Source of the DNA: Candidatus Uhrbacteria bacterium
Lineage (GTDB): Bacteria > Patescibacteriota > Patescibacteriia > UBA9934 > GWF2-40-263
NCBI GenBank assembly: GCA_026395055.1
Contig: JAPLZK010000003.1
Location: 173,987 to 237,986, forward strand
Length of the DNA stretch: 64,000 nucleotides
Reading direction: 5' to 3'
The position numbers and the translations under genes are program-made. Numbering within the stretch: position 1 is the stretch's first letter; each line of letters opens with the position of its first letter. Shown here piece after piece: positions 19,982-29,413 of the stretch. The notes under the pieces are model-generated. The model ran no database searches. It saw only the letters and a program-made list of their open reading frames with translations, and was not told the origin of the DNA.

Positions 19982-20203
19982 TTAGAAACGATAAACGACA
20001 CGACCCTTTGTAAGGTCGTACGGACTAATTTCCACTTTCACGTCATCTCCAGGCAAAATGCGAATACGAAACTTGCGCATTTTTCCAGAAAGATAACCTG
20101 TGATGGTTTGTCCATTTTCCAGTTTCACTTTGAAATTTGCAGATGGTAGAAGTTCTTCTACCGTGCCTCGCATTTCAATAAAATCTTTTGTATCCTGACT
20201 CAT
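19982..20203 (-). CDS. infA: Translation initiation factor IF-1
   Basis: 73 aa S1-like OB fold ([42 protein letters not shown]). Confidence 0.95.
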   Translation of the reverse strand: MSQDTKDFIEMRGTVEELLPSANFKVKLENGQTITGYLSGKMRKFRIRILPGDDVKVEISPYDLTKGRVVYRF

Positions 20204-20278
20204 AGGTTCTTTGGTTCAGAAAATGCTATCAGATTTTGCTGTAAATCGCAAGCAAAAATAGATTTCTGAGGCGCCGGT

Positions 20279-20307
20279 ATTTTATGTTATTTGCTAAATT
20301 GTGTCAA
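20279..20307 (-). promoter_or_regulatory. Consensus sigma70 promoter for the infA-rpmJ-rpsM-rpsK-rpsD-rpoA-rplQ-rplM-rpsI operon: -35 TTGACA (20302..20307), 17-nt spacer, -10 TAAAAT (20279..20284), minus strand
   Basis: Read from the reverse complement TTGACAcaatttagcaaataacaTAAAAT, about 75 nt upstream of the infA ATG. Confidence 0.6.
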
Positions 20308-20361
20308 GAAATCAACCGGGGATAACCTTGAGCAACATATTTCAGCTAAATTAAGGTGTGT

Positions 20362-22245
20362 TTACGTGAGAACAGCCTTGATTCTTCTGAGTCCAGATCC
20401 GATCGATTCTTCCTTCTGAATCTCAAATTTTCCTAGTTCGGCGGTGTTTGATACATGAGGCCCTCCACAAACCTCTTTTGAGAAGGCGTCTCCCATAGCT
20501 TCATCACCAACGAAATAGACTTTTACCTTATCTCCAACTTCTGCATACTTATCCGTAAATAGTCCGATTGCCCCTCGCGCTTTTGCTTCTTCAAGCGTCA
20601 GCATTTCGAAGTGAACCGGTAACTTCTTTGAAATTGCCTCATTAACCAGCCCTTCAACCTGTTTAATCTGATCATCCGTGAGTCTTTCTGGATACGGAAA
20701 GTCGAATCGGAGGCGTTCTGGGGTGATGTTGCTTCCCTTTTGGACGACCATATCACCAAGAACCTGTCTAAGCGACTGATGAAGTAAGTGAGTTGCTGTG
20801 TGGTATTTAACGCTCATTTCTGACGTATCTGCAAGACCACCCTTGAACTTCTGCTCTGAACCAGCTCGAGAAAGTGCTTGATGCTTTTCTTTTTCGACTT
20901 TAAACGTTTCCATATCGACCGTAAACCCATTCTCTGTCGCGAGCTCTTGTGTCAGCTCAACAGGAAACCCATAAGATTGAACGAGATCAAATGCATCCAT
21001 TCCTGATATCTGTTTATTACTTTCAACAGTCAGGAGCTCAACGAATTTCTTCATTCCCTGTTTCAACGTTTGTTGAAATTTCTTTTCCTCCTTCGCGAGC
21101 TCGGCAAGAACCCTATCTCGAGAAGATGCGAGATTCGGATATGCTTCCGAATAAGCTTCGATGAATGTTGCACCGATCTGAGCACAAACATCTTCTGTGA
21201 TATTCAGCCAATGTGCGAAACGAACGGAACGACGAATTAATCTACGTACAAAATATCCCTGATCTTTATTCGATGGATTAACACCATCACCAATAAGAAA
21301 TGTAGCAGCTCGAAGGTGATCCAAGATCACACGGAATTCATCCGTGTGTGTTTCGTAGGTTCTTCCACTGAGTTCTTCTAGCTTTTGAATAGCGGATTGA
21401 AAAACATCTACACGAAAAATATCTGGATCCCCATTCACCGCCGCGCACACACGTTCAAGTCCACCTCCAAAATCCACGTTTCTTTGTTTAAGCTCCTCAA
21501 AACCTGTTTCTGTCTTCACGTATTGCATGAACACATTGTTTCCAATTTCAACGAAACGCCCACAGTCACAGTTCACATGACATGGTTCGTTTTTCCAATT
21601 TGAAATTTCATGCAAGTTTCGTTCCGCACCAAAATCCCAAAACATTTCTGTGTCTGGACCACCGGGTTCTCCAACAGGCATGTTTGATGGCACGCCAGTT
21701 CTACTCCACCAGTTTTTTTTTTCTGGTTAATAAAAAATACGTTCACCAGATTTCATTCCGTCTTGTTCCACATTTTCACCAATCGCCGCATCAATCCCCT
21801 TTGACGCAAATAATTTTTGCCACAATGCTGCAGACTCTTCATCTCTGGGAATATTCAAATCCGTATTTCCTCGAAATACAGTCACATATAAATTCTTTGG
21901 ATCAAGTCCAAGATTCGTCGTCAAAAATTCAAACATCCATGTGATTTGCTCATTTTTGAAATAATCTCCAAGCGACCAGTTGCCGAGCATTTCAAAAAAC
22001 GTTGTGTGACGATTATCTCCCACTTCATCAATGTCTTGTGAACGAAAACATTTTTGAGAATCTGCAATACGAACACCACGAGGATGTGCCTCGCCGAGTA
22101 AATAAGAAACCATTGGTTGCATTCCGGATCCGGTAAAAAGGGTCGTTGGATCATTTTCAGGGATCAACAATGCGGATGGAAGAATGGCATGACCATGATC
22201 AGCAAAAAACTTCAGGTACTGTTCGCGAATTTCAGAAATCGTCAT
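20362..22245 (-). CDS. alaS: Alanine--tRNA ligase lacking the C-Ala domain; the reading frame is interrupted by one in-frame TAA (21727..21729) next to an A10 homopolymer
   Basis: The two ORF-track pieces (21727..22284 and 20362..21693) are in the same frame, separated by TAA plus 11 sense codons (PEKKNWWSRTG) that match the conserved AlaRS NFW-MGDTGPCGPC region. The catalytic and editing domains are present. The start was moved to MTISEIREQYLKFF at 22245. Confidence 0.75.
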
Positions 22246-22299
22246 AATGCGTGGATTGTACAAAGGAAAGAGATGAAAAGTCAAAAAGGAAAAAACCTT

Positions 22300-23943
22300 T
22301 TAAATTGTTCCGGAACCATCTGTTGAGTTTATGACCTCAACGGGCACAACCTGCTTCAGTTGTTTCTTAGAAAGAGAGCCAATAAAGCTAAAGAGTTCTT
22401 CTGAACGTAGAAGCGCAAGGATTCCAAGATACACGACTGCACCTGCTGCACCAGTTACAAAAATCTGTGTAAGAACATGAATGAAGGAGTCGAGTGCGAT
22501 ATGGGAACTTACAAATGCACGAGCAAAATACATCACGATTCCGGAAAGGAGTGCTGCAGGAACCATTTTAAATATTCCGTGCAAGATATTCATTTCATGA
22601 AGAGACCCAACTTTTTGATGAAGTAGAATCCATAAAAGTCCCGCGTTCACACATTCCGCCGTTCCAAACGCCATGGCAAGACCGATGACTCCAAATGTTT
22701 TTGTGAAAAGAAATGCAGATGTAATTCCTAGAATAGCAGAAACGATTCCTGCTGTAAGTGGCGTAACAGTGTCGTGAAGCGCAAAAAACGCACGCGCTAA
22801 AATGTAAACGCACGCTTGTGGAATGAGTGTGAGCGCAAAGAATGCAAGCGTATCAGCAGCGAGAATGGTTGCATTCCAATTAAATGCCCCCGCTCCGACA
22901 ACAACTCGAACGATTTGTGCACGAAGCAAAAGAAATGAAATCGTTGCAGGAATCAAGAAAAACAATAACTGACGGATAGTAGAAGCAAAAACACTCTGAA
23001 ATTGATCCATTCTTCCTGCCGCAATATGTTCTGAAAACGTTGGAAATGCCGCGATCGCATAAGACACACCAAAAACTCCTACGGGGAAAAATTCCACATT
23101 GTATGCGAACTGAAAAATAGTTACAGATCCAACAGCAAGTGTTGTTGCAATGATGGTTAAAAATAAAAAGAGTAATTGATTAATTCCGATACCAACAACA
23201 CGCGGAATCATCATGCGCAACACTTTTTGAACGTCTCTATCACGAAAATTGAATAACGGTTCGTATTTATAGCCTGTACCAATAAGCCCAACAGCCTGCG
23301 TTGAAACATGCATGAGTGCACCCAGAATCACGCCGTATGCAAGACCAATTGGACCAAACCAATTCACAAAGAACAATGCCCCAATTACGATTCCCAAATT
23401 ATAAAAGATGGGCGCAAGCGAATAAAGAAAAAATCGCTTCATGCTCTGAAGAACTCCTCCAAACACCATTGAAACAGATAGGAGGATTTCTGAGAGTAAC
23501 ATGACACGCGTAAAGGAAGCGACTTGTGCTTGTTTGAGATGATCAAAACCAGGTGCAATGATGGCAGCAACTTGATTTGCGAAAATAAATACAATAAACG
23601 CAATGACAATCATTCCAAGCCCTACCAAATGAAGAATGGTGTTTGTAAACTGCCAAGCTCGTTGTCGTTGTAATGGCGCATGATAATACTTTGTGAACAT
23701 TGGGATAAAACTTGCAGACAACGCCCCAATAACCATCAGGTTAAACAAAAAATCTGGCACTTTAAATGCCGCATAATAAATATCAAGCGTATTTCCTGCA
23801 CCAAAGGTTCCTGCAAGAATTCGATCTCGAACCAAACCGACGATATCGCTTAGAAACGAAAAGATGCCGACCAAGATGGCCGCACCAATTACCGTGGTCG
23901 ATTCCGACCCAAAAATCTTAAATAGCTTACTCTTCTTTAACAT
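22300..23943 (-). CDS. murJ: Lipid II flippase MurJ (MviN)
   Basis: 547 aa, 14 TM, MurJ N-terminal signature (LVRDRILAGTFGAGNTLDIYYAAFKVPDFLFNL). Confidence 0.9.
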   Translation of the reverse strand: MLKKSKLFKIFGSESTTVIGAAILVGIFSFLSDIVGLVRDRILAGTFGAGNTLDIYYAAFKVPDFLFNLMVIGALSASFIPMFTKYYHAPLQRQRAWQFTNTILHLVGLGMIVIAFIVFIFANQVAAIIAPGFDHLKQAQVASFTRVMLLSEILLSVSMVFGGVLQSMKRFFLYSLAPIFYNLGIVIGALFFVNWFGPIGLAYGVILGALMHVSTQAVGLIGTGYKYEPLFNFRDRDVQKVLRMMIPRVVGIGINQLLFLFLTIIATTLAVGSVTIFQFAYNVEFFPVGVFGVSYAIAAFPTFSEHIAAGRMDQFQSVFASTIRQLLFFLIPATISFLLLRAQIVRVVVGAGAFNWNATILAADTLAFFALTLIPQACVYILARAFFALHDTVTPLTAGIVSAILGITSAFLFTKTFGVIGLAMAFGTAECVNAGLLWILLHQKVGSLHEMNILHGIFKMVPAALLSGIVMYFARAFVSSHIALDSFIHVLTQIFVTGAAGAVVYLGILALLRSEELFSFIGSLSKKQLKQVVPVEVINSTDGSGTI

Positions 23944-25171
23944 GAATTTGTTTTAAAGTAGGTTCATTGGTCTTTTTTGCAGGAGTTTTTTTTGTTTTCA
24001 TTTTTATCCAAGCTATAAACGCCCCAAGAAGTGCGATCCCGAGAAGTGAGAGCAAGATGATAATAAGCGGGTTTGAAAAACTAAAAAAAGTTACTAGCAC
24101 ATCCGCAGACTCTTCCGAGATACTTCCATTTTCGTCTGTCGTCTTGAGCGTGACATGATATGAACCAGCCTGCGTATAAACATGTGTCGCGCTCGTCTTG
24201 CTTGAATGAACACCATCCCCAAAGTTCCATTCGTAAACGAAACGATCTTGAACGGGAGCAATCAAATGAAATGCAAATGTATTCCAAGAACTTTTTTCGT
24301 ATGTAAATACGGCGTTTGGAGAAATCTTTACTTTTGTTGAATTTGTGACGGAAGTTTCAACGATGGGGTCTGAAACCAATTTGGCTGTTCCACCAGCCGC
24401 GCTTGGAGAGTTAGATGCAATCTGCACGACGCCATTCTCCGATTTTACGATCGTATCAACCTGAATTGGTTTTTCTGTTTTTGATGGTTCAACCTTTTGA
24501 ATGATTTTGATTGGTACGGGTTTTTCAATAACCCAACGCTTTGGATCGAGCGGATACGCATCATGTGCATCGTCGACTCCATCGCCATCCGTATCTGTTA
24601 AACGTGGGTTTGTTCCCAACTCTGACTCAACAGCATTTGTTAAACCATCGCCATCAATATCGTCGTCACACGCATCCCCAATCCCATCATGATCAAGATC
24701 TGCTTGATCAGGGTTTGCAACAGTCGGACAATTATCTGATGCGTTTTGCGCCCCATCATGATCATTATCTGGTACAGGAGTGAACATCCCTGTAATAGCG
24801 ACGTTATTGTCCAGATTAACATCCGCGGGTTTTGTTCCACTAATAACGGTTCTGATATTAAATTGAGCATCGGGAACAACAAAATCTACAAAGACTTCTT
24901 CTGGGTCACTTCCTGCCACAACAGAAATAACTTGCGGTTGATCAATGGCCGTACTCCCTTGATAGAAGGTGACGTATCCTGTGACATCAACCGTTCCAAT
25001 ATTTTGAACTTTTGTATAAATACGAACCGTATCACCGGAAACAAACGGTGATTTCGAAAAACGAATATCCGACGCATTCACACGCAAGTCCGCCGTTGCA
25101 GCATGCGCAAAAGCAGGGGCGGAAAGGGCGATACAGGCAAAAAGGGCGAAGAACCCAAGACGTTTTAACAT
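23927..25171 (-). CDS. Cell-surface protein with thrombospondin type-3-like Ca-binding repeats, a PKD domain and a C-terminal TM anchor
   Basis: Signal peptide; D-x-D-x-D-G repeats (DNDHDGAQNASDNCP...DQADLDHDGIGDACDDDIDGDG...DTDGDGVDDAHD); a PKD-like segment (WNFGDGVHSSKTSATHVYTQAGSYHVTLKTTDENG); a hydrophobic helix plus KKTKKTPAKK tail. Confidence 0.65.
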   Translation of the reverse strand: MLKRLGFFALFACIALSAPAFAHAATADLRVNASDIRFSKSPFVSGDTVRIYTKVQNIGTVDVTGYVTFYQGSTAIDQPQVISVVAGSDPEEVFVDFVVPDAQFNIRTVISGTKPADVNLDNNVAITGMFTPVPDNDHDGAQNASDNCPTVANPDQADLDHDGIGDACDDDIDGDGLTNAVESELGTNPRLTDTDGDGVDDAHDAYPLDPKRWVIEKPVPIKIIQKVEPSKTEKPIQVDTIVKSENGVVQIASNSPSAAGGTAKLVSDPIVETSVTNSTKVKISPNAVFTYEKSSWNTFAFHLIAPVQDRFVYEWNFGDGVHSSKTSATHVYTQAGSYHVTLKTTDENGSISEESADVLVTFFSFSNPLIIILLSLLGIALLGAFIAWIKMKTKKTPAKKTNEPTLKQIHVKEE

Positions 25172-25728
25172 AGTTCAAATAAATCACCGGTATGAAGCCA
25201 ATGATGCGCGGCTTCATCGGATGTAAGATGTAATTCAAGAGCGAACGTTGGATGCACTCGAACAAAGACATGCGACAACACAACGTCTGGATTTTCTGCA
25301 TGTCTCAATGTTACCACGTGATGGTTTTTCACGTGAAGTTTTTTTGCCATTCTGTCAGAACAATGCAAATGTCTGGCAGGAACAATAACAGATGAGGTGG
25401 CTCGAACAGAACCGGCGGGACCGATCAGCTTGCACGACGCAGCTCGAGTCAAATCTCCAGACTGGCGCGTTGGCGCGTTTAGTCCAATCGCAAATGCATC
25501 CGTAATCGATAATTCAACCTGTGTTGCGCTTCGAGAAGGACCGAGCACGCGTACAGATTCAATAATTCCCGTCTTCCCTTCTACATCGACGGTTTCGCGA
25601 TACAAATACTGCCCCTTATGTTCCAACTCCGACTCGATCTCCAAGGTTTTTTCGTCACCAAACAATTGGCGAAGGTCTTTCTTCGACAAATGTACGTGAC
25701 GATGTTGAATAACGAGTGGAATGAACAT
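25165..25728 (-). CDS. pduL: PduL-type phosphate acyltransferase (phosphotransacetylase-like)
   Basis: Two PduL repeats with the signature ...NRHVHLS... (MFIPLVIQHRHVHLSKKDLRQLFG in the first; the second around VPARHLHCSD); 187 aa. Confidence 0.7.
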   Translation of the reverse strand: MFIPLVIQHRHVHLSKKDLRQLFGDEKTLEIESELEHKGQYLYRETVDVEGKTGIIESVRVLGPSRSATQVELSITDAFAIGLNAPTRQSGDLTRAASCKLIGPAGSVRATSSVIVPARHLHCSDRMAKKLHVKNHHVVTLRHAENPDVVLSHVFVRVHPTFALELHLTSDEAAHHWLHTGDLFELC

Positions 25729-25738
25729 GAACCGTCAT

Positions 25739-26473
25739 TTAATGTTTCTTTTCGGAAGCCTTTGTCTTTTTTGTTTTACTGTGCCCAAACGTGTAATTGA
25801 ATTTGTTGGATCTGATTGGTCCCACAAACGCAAGATGAAGTTCCGCAAGTAAGTATTTAATAGCGATTTGTAAACGTCCGTCACGATCTAAACGACGAAT
25901 ACTTACGGGAATTTTTGTTGATTTTAAAAAGCCGAATCTTCCCACGCGTTTAAAACGGCGTGCGTAATCATGATCTTCACAAAAAACAACAGATTCATCG
26001 AACCCACTGATTTTGTTGTGTCCCTCACGTTTTACAAGCATGCAAAATCCCGGTGCGTGCGGGAAAAGGGATCCCCATGCACGAACGTACTTGTTATAGG
26101 CTTTATGCAAAAAGTGATCGATGTACGCATCCGACAACGGAAAAACATCGCATGTTGCAAGTCCAAGTCCACGCGCTTTAAATTCTTTCACAGACTTTTC
26201 CAAAAATGTTGGGTCACGCAATTCAACGTCTGCATCTAAAAACAAGAGGATATCTCCAACCGCATGCTTTGCTCCAATGTTTCTCCCAACAGACGGCATA
26301 CCGCCGTCAATAATTTTTGCCCCAAAAGATTTTGCAATTTCACGTGTGTGGTCTGTTGAATGCGCGTCTGCCACGATGATTTCATGAGGCTGCACCGTTT
26401 GCTGCTTGATGGATTCTAAAAGTTTTGGAAGGTGTTCTTCTTCGTTTTTTGTTGGGATGACAATCGATAACAT
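25739..26473 (-). CDS. Glycosyltransferase family 2
   Basis: SIVIPTKNEEEHL...IIVADAHSTDHT...LDADVEL. Confidence 0.8.
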   Translation of the reverse strand: MLSIVIPTKNEEEHLPKLLESIKQQTVQPHEIIVADAHSTDHTREIAKSFGAKIIDGGMPSVGRNIGAKHAVGDILLFLDADVELRDPTFLEKSVKEFKARGLGLATCDVFPLSDAYIDHFLHKAYNKYVRAWGSLFPHAPGFCMLVKREGHNKISGFDESVVFCEDHDYARRFKRVGRFGFLKSTKIPVSIRRLDRDGRLQIAIKYLLAELHLAFVGPIRSNKFNYTFGHSKTKKTKASEKKH

Positions 26474-26484
26474 ACAGAATCAGT

Positions 26485-26937
26485 TTAGCGTATTTTTGTC
26501 ATGATCGCAAACAGGGCGATACCGGTTGCAACGGATACGTTCAGAGATTTTTTTGTTCCAATCATGGGAATCTCAATGACTTCATCACATTGTTCAAGAA
26601 GTTGCGGTGAGATTCCTTCCACTTCACTTCCTGCGATAAGCGCTATGTTTTCGACAGGAATCTCGAGGGCTCCAACCGGAATCGCGCGATCCGAAATCTC
26701 GAGAGCGACGATCTTCTTCCCTGTCGACTTAAGTTCGAGAAGCAGCTCGTCGAGATTCTCGCGATGTTCCCATGGAATTCGATGTTCCGATCCAAGTGCG
26801 GTCTTTGCGATCTCTTTACGTGGAGGACAACCCGTATAGCCCGTTAAATAGATCTTTTCAACGCCAAATGCATCTGCGGTTCGAAAGAACGCGCCGACAT
26901 TATGGAGAGATCGGATGTTGTGGGCGATGAGAATCAT
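26485..26937 (-). CDS. SpoU/TrmH-family RNA 2'-O-methyltransferase (TrmL-like)
   Basis: SPOUT fold motifs (HNIRSLHNVGAFFRTADAFG ... IAGSEVEGIS ... LNVSVATGIALF); 150 aa. Confidence 0.85.
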   Translation of the reverse strand: MILIAHNIRSLHNVGAFFRTADAFGVEKIYLTGYTGCPPRKEIAKTALGSEHRIPWEHRENLDELLLELKSTGKKIVALEISDRAIPVGALEIPVENIALIAGSEVEGISPQLLEQCDEVIEIPMIGTKKSLNVSVATGIALFAIMTKIR

Positions 26938-26981
26938 AGAATACTTGAAAAAATGGGAGGATTAATGTAGGATCGAGGCCT

Positions 26982-28112
26982 ATGTCATCGCTTTGCCCCA
27001 ACAAAGAAATATGCGGATCCTGCGCCTGGTCGCATATCCCTTATGAGAAACAACTGATACAGAAAGTATCGGATATGAACGGTTCTTTCAAGCTGAAAGG
27101 CCTTTCTTTAAAGTGCGAAGAGATTCTCCCAAGTCCAAAACTGGAACATTATCGCAATAGAATGGACTTTGTGATCGACTTTGAAGGACGTGTGGGCATG
27201 CGACAAAAGGACAAGTGGTGGAAAGTCATCGACAATCATACATGCTTTCTTGCAGATGAGCAGATCGACGCACTCTTCGTACCCGTTCGCGAATGGGCAA
27301 AGACCTGCGGACTCTCGTTTTATGATCGTCGTGCGCACACAGGACTCCTTCGCTATGCAACCATCCGCGCAACGCGTACAGGACAAACCATGATCGTTCT
27401 CGTTACAAGCAAGCCTGCGGATGCAGTGGAGAAACAAACTATTCTCGATGCGCTCGCGATTCTCGAATCAACAGCAAAGCCATCAACACTTGTTTGGTCT
27501 ATCAATGCCACAGACTCAGACACCTCGTTTGGCACAGAGCTTACAACCATCTCTGGTCCGGGTTACATCGAAGAAACTATTTCGGACATCACGTACCGCA
27601 TTAGTCCAAACGCATTCTTTCAAACAAACTCGTACGCATCACACTTACTCCTTGATACAGTGAAAGAATTTTGCGGAGACGTATCACACAAGTGCGTTCT
27701 AGACTTATACTGCGGAACAGGATTCTTCTCGATCGCACTCGCGAGTTCTGCTCGCAAGATGATCGGAGTCGAACTGAACGCGGAAGCAATTGAAGACGCA
27801 AAGACCAATGCAACACTCAACAACGTCTCACCAGAATTCTTCGCAGCATCGACAGAAGATTATGATTGGTCGAAACACAACGCCGACGTCGTGATTCTCG
27901 ATCCTCCTCGTTCTGGAATGCATGATCGCGCGCTTGCAGACGTCATCAAACACAAACCAAAAACAATTATCTACATCTCCTGCAATCCAAAAAACTTTGC
28001 ACGAGAGATGGTACAATTACAAGAGATCTACAATGTCACGGCCATGAAATCAATCGACATGTTCCCACACACGCCGCACGTCGAGCTTGTAACAAAATTA
28101 GAACTTAAATAA
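26982..28112 (+). CDS. Class I SAM-dependent RNA (uracil-5-)-methyltransferase of the TrmA/RlmD family
   Basis: N-terminal Cys cluster (CPNKEICGSC), SAM motif DLYCGTGFFS, catalytic DPPRSG and C-terminal nucleophile Cys region. Confidence 0.8.
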   Translation: MSSLCPNKEICGSCAWSHIPYEKQLIQKVSDMNGSFKLKGLSLKCEEILPSPKLEHYRNRMDFVIDFEGRVGMRQKDKWWKVIDNHTCFLADEQIDALFVPVREWAKTCGLSFYDRRAHTGLLRYATIRATRTGQTMIVLVTSKPADAVEKQTILDALAILESTAKPSTLVWSINATDSDTSFGTELTTISGPGYIEETISDITYRISPNAFFQTNSYASHLLLDTVKEFCGDVSHKCVLDLYCGTGFFSIALASSARKMIGVELNAEAIEDAKTNATLNNVSPEFFAASTEDYDWSKHNADVVILDPPRSGMHDRALADVIKHKPKTIIYISCNPKNFAREMVQLQEIYNVTAMKSIDMFPHTPHVELVTKLELK

Positions 28113-28130
28113 ATTTAGAATATCTATTCT

Positions 28131-29030
28131 ATGACAATCTCTCCCACCTCAGAAGAAGCAGAAGTTGAAAAACCAGTCTCAAAAGCAGGATTCGTGGTCA
28201 TTGTTGGTCGATCAAACGTTGGAAAATCAACCTTGATGAACGCGCTCGTTGGTTCAAAAGTTGCCATTACTTCCCCAAAACCACAAACGACACGCCTGCC
28301 GATTCACGGAATTCTTACGCGTGACGAAGGTCAAATCGTGTTCGTTGATACTCCAGGAATGTTGAAAGGGGCAAAAGATGCGCTTTCGAAAGCGCTTACG
28401 GAATCTTTGAAGAACGCCCTCGCGGATGTGGATATCCTCATGTATGTCGCAGATCCAACCCGAGTTATCGGCGATGAAGAAAAATCGATGTTGCGCATGG
28501 TTGAGCAAATCGACAAACCAAAAATCATGGTCATCAACAAAATGGATGACAACAACAAACCGTACCTAGACTTTTATCGCGATCTTTCTGATAAGTTTGA
28601 TTATACGTTCGAAGTGTCCGCAAAAAATAGCGCACACATCAAACCACTTATCGATAAACTGTTCGAGATTCTTCCAGAAGGTGAACAGTTCTACCCCGCG
28701 TATCAAATCACCAACATGGCGAACAACGTCTGGGTATCTGAGTTGATTCGTGAAAAACTTTACTTGCGTCTTCGCCAAGAAGTTCCCTACACCGTTCACG
28801 TCGAAGTGACCGCCATGGAAGAACGCGAGAACAACGTGCTCTACATTGCCGCAACCGTCTTTACGACCGAGGATCGTTACAAACGCATGATCATCGGACA
28901 AGGCGGACGAGGAATTCGCGAGATTGGACAATCCACTCGCAAAGAACTCGAGTCTGTCATGGGAAAAAAGATTTATCTCGATTTACAAGTCGAAACCAAT
29001 CCGCACTGGATGCTCAGATTTGAAATCTAG
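28131..29030 (+). CDS. era: GTPase Era
   Basis: G1 GRSNVGKST, G3 DTPG, and a C-terminal KH domain. Confidence 0.95.
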   Translation: MTISPTSEEAEVEKPVSKAGFVVIVGRSNVGKSTLMNALVGSKVAITSPKPQTTRLPIHGILTRDEGQIVFVDTPGMLKGAKDALSKALTESLKNALADVDILMYVADPTRVIGDEEKSMLRMVEQIDKPKIMVINKMDDNNKPYLDFYRDLSDKFDYTFEVSAKNSAHIKPLIDKLFEILPEGEQFYPAYQITNMANNVWVSELIREKLYLRLRQEVPYTVHVEVTAMEERENNVLYIAATVFTTEDRYKRMIIGQGGRGIREIGQSTRKELESVMGKKIYLDLQVETNPHWMLRFEI

Positions 29031-29083
29031 AAGATAAATCCGAAACGAAAGCAAATCCGAAATTCGAAAACACAAAAATAAAA

Positions 29084-29109
29084 CTGTCTCATGATTGAGA
29101 CAGTTTTTT
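29084..29109. terminator. Bidirectional rho-independent terminator between era (+) and the thioredoxin-like gene (-): stem CTGTCTCA/TGAGACAG, loop TGAT, T6, embedded in a larger imperfect palindrome (29036..29135)
   Basis: Perfect 8-bp stem with an A-run upstream and a T-run downstream. Confidence 0.7.
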
Positions 29110-29142
29110 GGTTTTCGGATTTCGATATTTTATCTTTCGGAT

Positions 29143-29397
29143 TTACTTCCCATCCGACCAGTTCTCCACCTCCTTCTCGGTTGCTTCACCACACAAAAAC
29201 TTTTTGGTTGTGACGTTATAAAAAAATGGAACACCACCGCACAATCCTGTATCAAACGTCGCGAGCTTCTTTGCATTTTCTTCATGATGCCATGTCTCAA
29301 GAATCTCGATCTTCGCCCCTGCTTTATTTAATTTCTCCACAATTGGTAGCATTGTGTGACAATGTGGGCACTCCGTTCCGTAAAAGAAGTATTTCAT
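29143..29397 (-). CDS. Thioredoxin/glutaredoxin-like small protein (CPHC active site)
   Basis: CxxC motif CPHC within about 84 aa; the start was placed at MKYFFYGTECPHC. Confidence 0.65.
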   Translation of the reverse strand: MKYFFYGTECPHCHTMLPIVEKLNKAGAKIEILETWHHEENAKKLATFDTGLCGGVPFFYNVTTKKFLCGEATEKEVENWSDGK

Positions 29398-29413
29398 ATA
29401 AACTGATTCTAAC

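Noticed and set aside
20204-20361. Checked for a tRNA or small RNA gene in the 158-nt alaS-infA spacer, and in the other spacers over 100 nt (29030..29143, 31091..31200, 41999..42169, 51388..51519)
   Set aside because: No cloverleaf-compatible sequences or conserved ncRNA motifs were seen. The spacers are explained by promoters and terminators.
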